From assembly GCA_030141605.1 (NCBI GenBank), contig JAQGDQ010000129.1:256781-320780 (forward strand): a DNA stretch of 64,000 nucleotides, given 5' to 3'. The position numbers and the translations under genes are program-made. The notes under the pieces are model-generated. The model was not told the origin of the DNA, did no database searches, and saw only the letters and a list, made by a program, of their open reading frames with translations. Positions 62,304-64,000 of this stretch are shown here, piece after piece; within the stretch, counting starts at the first letter, position 1; the number at the start of each line of letters is the position of its first letter. Origin of the DNA: Tubiluchus corallicola (Eukaryota; Animalia; Priapulida).

Positions 62304-62556
62304 ATTATTTTATTAGCGCAGACGATCGTTTCGACACCAACTGCCATAAATCAAGCTGTAAATAGTTCAATGCTATAAATCAAGCCAAAACAATTAATAC
62401 AATTATGACACTACTAACCAAGGCATACAATAAATTATATACAATTGTCTGCCTTGGTTAGCAGTGTCATAATTGTACTAACTAATTGTTTTGGCTTGAT
62501 TTTTTGCATTGAAAATGACAGTTGCTGTTGAAACGATCGCCAGCGTAAATAAACAA
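62304..62556. mobile_element. palindromic foldback / MITE-like element
   Basis: Two ~115-125 bp imperfect inverted arms (e.g. AAATCAAGCCAAAACAATTA...ACAATTATGACACTACTAACCAAGGCA vs TGCCTTGGTTAGCAGTGTCATAATTGT...TAATTGTTTTGGCTTGATTT) around a ~12-nt AT spacer. Confidence 0.8.
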
Positions 62557-64000
62557 CATGTTAATTCCTAGAGGTAGGATTTTTCATGCATATAACATTT
62601 CAGTTCAATAATAAGTTTACCAGCAGCGTAGATGACGAAAGTAGCTATAACAAAAATCACGGCTATAAACTGCATAATGTAGTACGTGTACATAACTACA
62701 ATCAATTATATACAGTCAGCGTTGTGAACTAATTATGCGTTAATTCTTTTAATACAATAATAAATCTCTTCGGAGTTTTGCTTTAATGAAAATTTTCTGC
62801 AATCTAGCTAGGTTTTTGATTTTGTACAAAATAATAATTATAATTGTATAAAAATTCGTTATTACAATTTGTATTATATCCAATGTTATTCATTGAGCAC
62901 TAATTGTACTTGATTAGCATATATAAGTCACCTTTTACTCTCTCGTTAAGTTTCTTTAATCTCCTAACTAAGTCCTCATAATGCCTAATTACCGAGTACT
63001 ATAAGAAATATGACTTTGTGACAAACACGTTGGTTAATTTATCAATTCAGTAACCTGGCCTTAGTTTCCACATAATTTGTTTTTTTTAAATGGAACACTA
63101 GCTGATGCTTACATTGCGCCTACCAATAATGTCCTCAGGTGCATAATTTTTTTGTAAAAAAAACTTTAATTAAACTGAAAGTGACTACTACTAAAGTAAC
63201 TAGGCCTATGTGCTCACAGAAATGTGAGAAATATTTCCGATATAAGACTCAACCACAGCAGATGGCTCATTGCAGCTGTATATATGTTATAATTTATAAC
63301 TTGTATATATATGAGATACAATGATATAATATATATTAATACTAAACAATGAGTAAGCTAAAAACATCAATATGTAGCATCCTGTACATGCAAATACTAA
63401 AAAGCGTTCGTTGAGCCATTTCAAGATTTATCAGATATGAGGCGTTGAACCTAAAGGGGGTGAGCCGTTTGAGCCATAATATTTGGATGCTTATACATCC
63501 TCTGTCAACGTAGTAAATAACTGAGGGGAGATGAAACCATCCAGAAAGCCATGGGATGCACGGGCACACATCCATTTATCAAATAGGTCTGGACATTGCT
63601 CTGGCCTCGGAAGTGGCTTGTCAATGTCGTGCAGCGCCTTTCGCATTAATTGTAATAAAAATGTTCTGAAAATGTTTGTCTCGCGCATTCTATACGACAG
63701 GTTACTCTAATAAGCTGGTGCTGCCATCTACAAAAAATATGGTTAAACTGTGTTAAAGGGACCAGGCTAGATAGACTTATGATATGTTACAAATGCTGTG
63801 GACTGAAAGAATTTATTTTGAGTACAAGTCATCATACCAGGAGCTAATACACACGTGGGTTTATTATTAAAGCCTAGCTGTAGCATTTAATAAAACGAGG
63901 AAAAATACATCTAATACGTTTCTGTATGTTACGTTCCAAAGTTGTGTGATTTTGGCTAATGGTTTATAGTTCCGTGTGTTTTCCCTTGTGTTTTTATTAA

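Noticed and set aside
1-64000. Prokaryotic systems (CRISPR array, operons, rRNA/tRNA genes) or an intact transposase/RT gene
   Set aside because: The sequence is intron-rich animal DNA; I saw no regularly spaced repeat-spacer array, no tRNA cloverleaf and no long TE ORF

Overview
AT-rich animal genomic DNA with spliceosomal introns (invertebrate-like, possibly a tunicate; the taxon cannot be fixed from sequence alone). Three intron-containing genes lie in tandem on the minus strand, reconstructed by hand from GT-AG boundaries with consistent exon phases. (1) The 5' part of a MICAL-like gene (CH + LIM + large Pro/Ser-rich exon) runs off the left edge. (2) A complete 3-exon CARHSP1/CSDC2 cold-shock-domain gene encodes 140 aa. 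(3) A complete ~13-exon Axin gene of ~838 aa carries the tankyrase motif, RGS, GSK3-binding, beta-catenin-binding and DIX regions. The right ~21 kb has no convincing CDS. It holds promoter-like patches, strong orphan minus-strand splice donors (candidate alternative Axin first exons or a lncRNA), enhancer-like islands and transposon relics. Repeats include two diverged copies of a Tc1/mariner-type MITE, a foldback element, CR1/L2 LINE fragments and a 134-bp tandem duplication. I found no evidence of a wholly new genetic system. The best leads are a candidate 18-nt microexon in MICAL-L, a stem-loop abutting the Axin start codon, a displaced SIAH-type VxP motif in Axin, and tight linkage of three genes whose vertebrate paralogues map to the 7p22/16p13/17q/22q13 paralogon.
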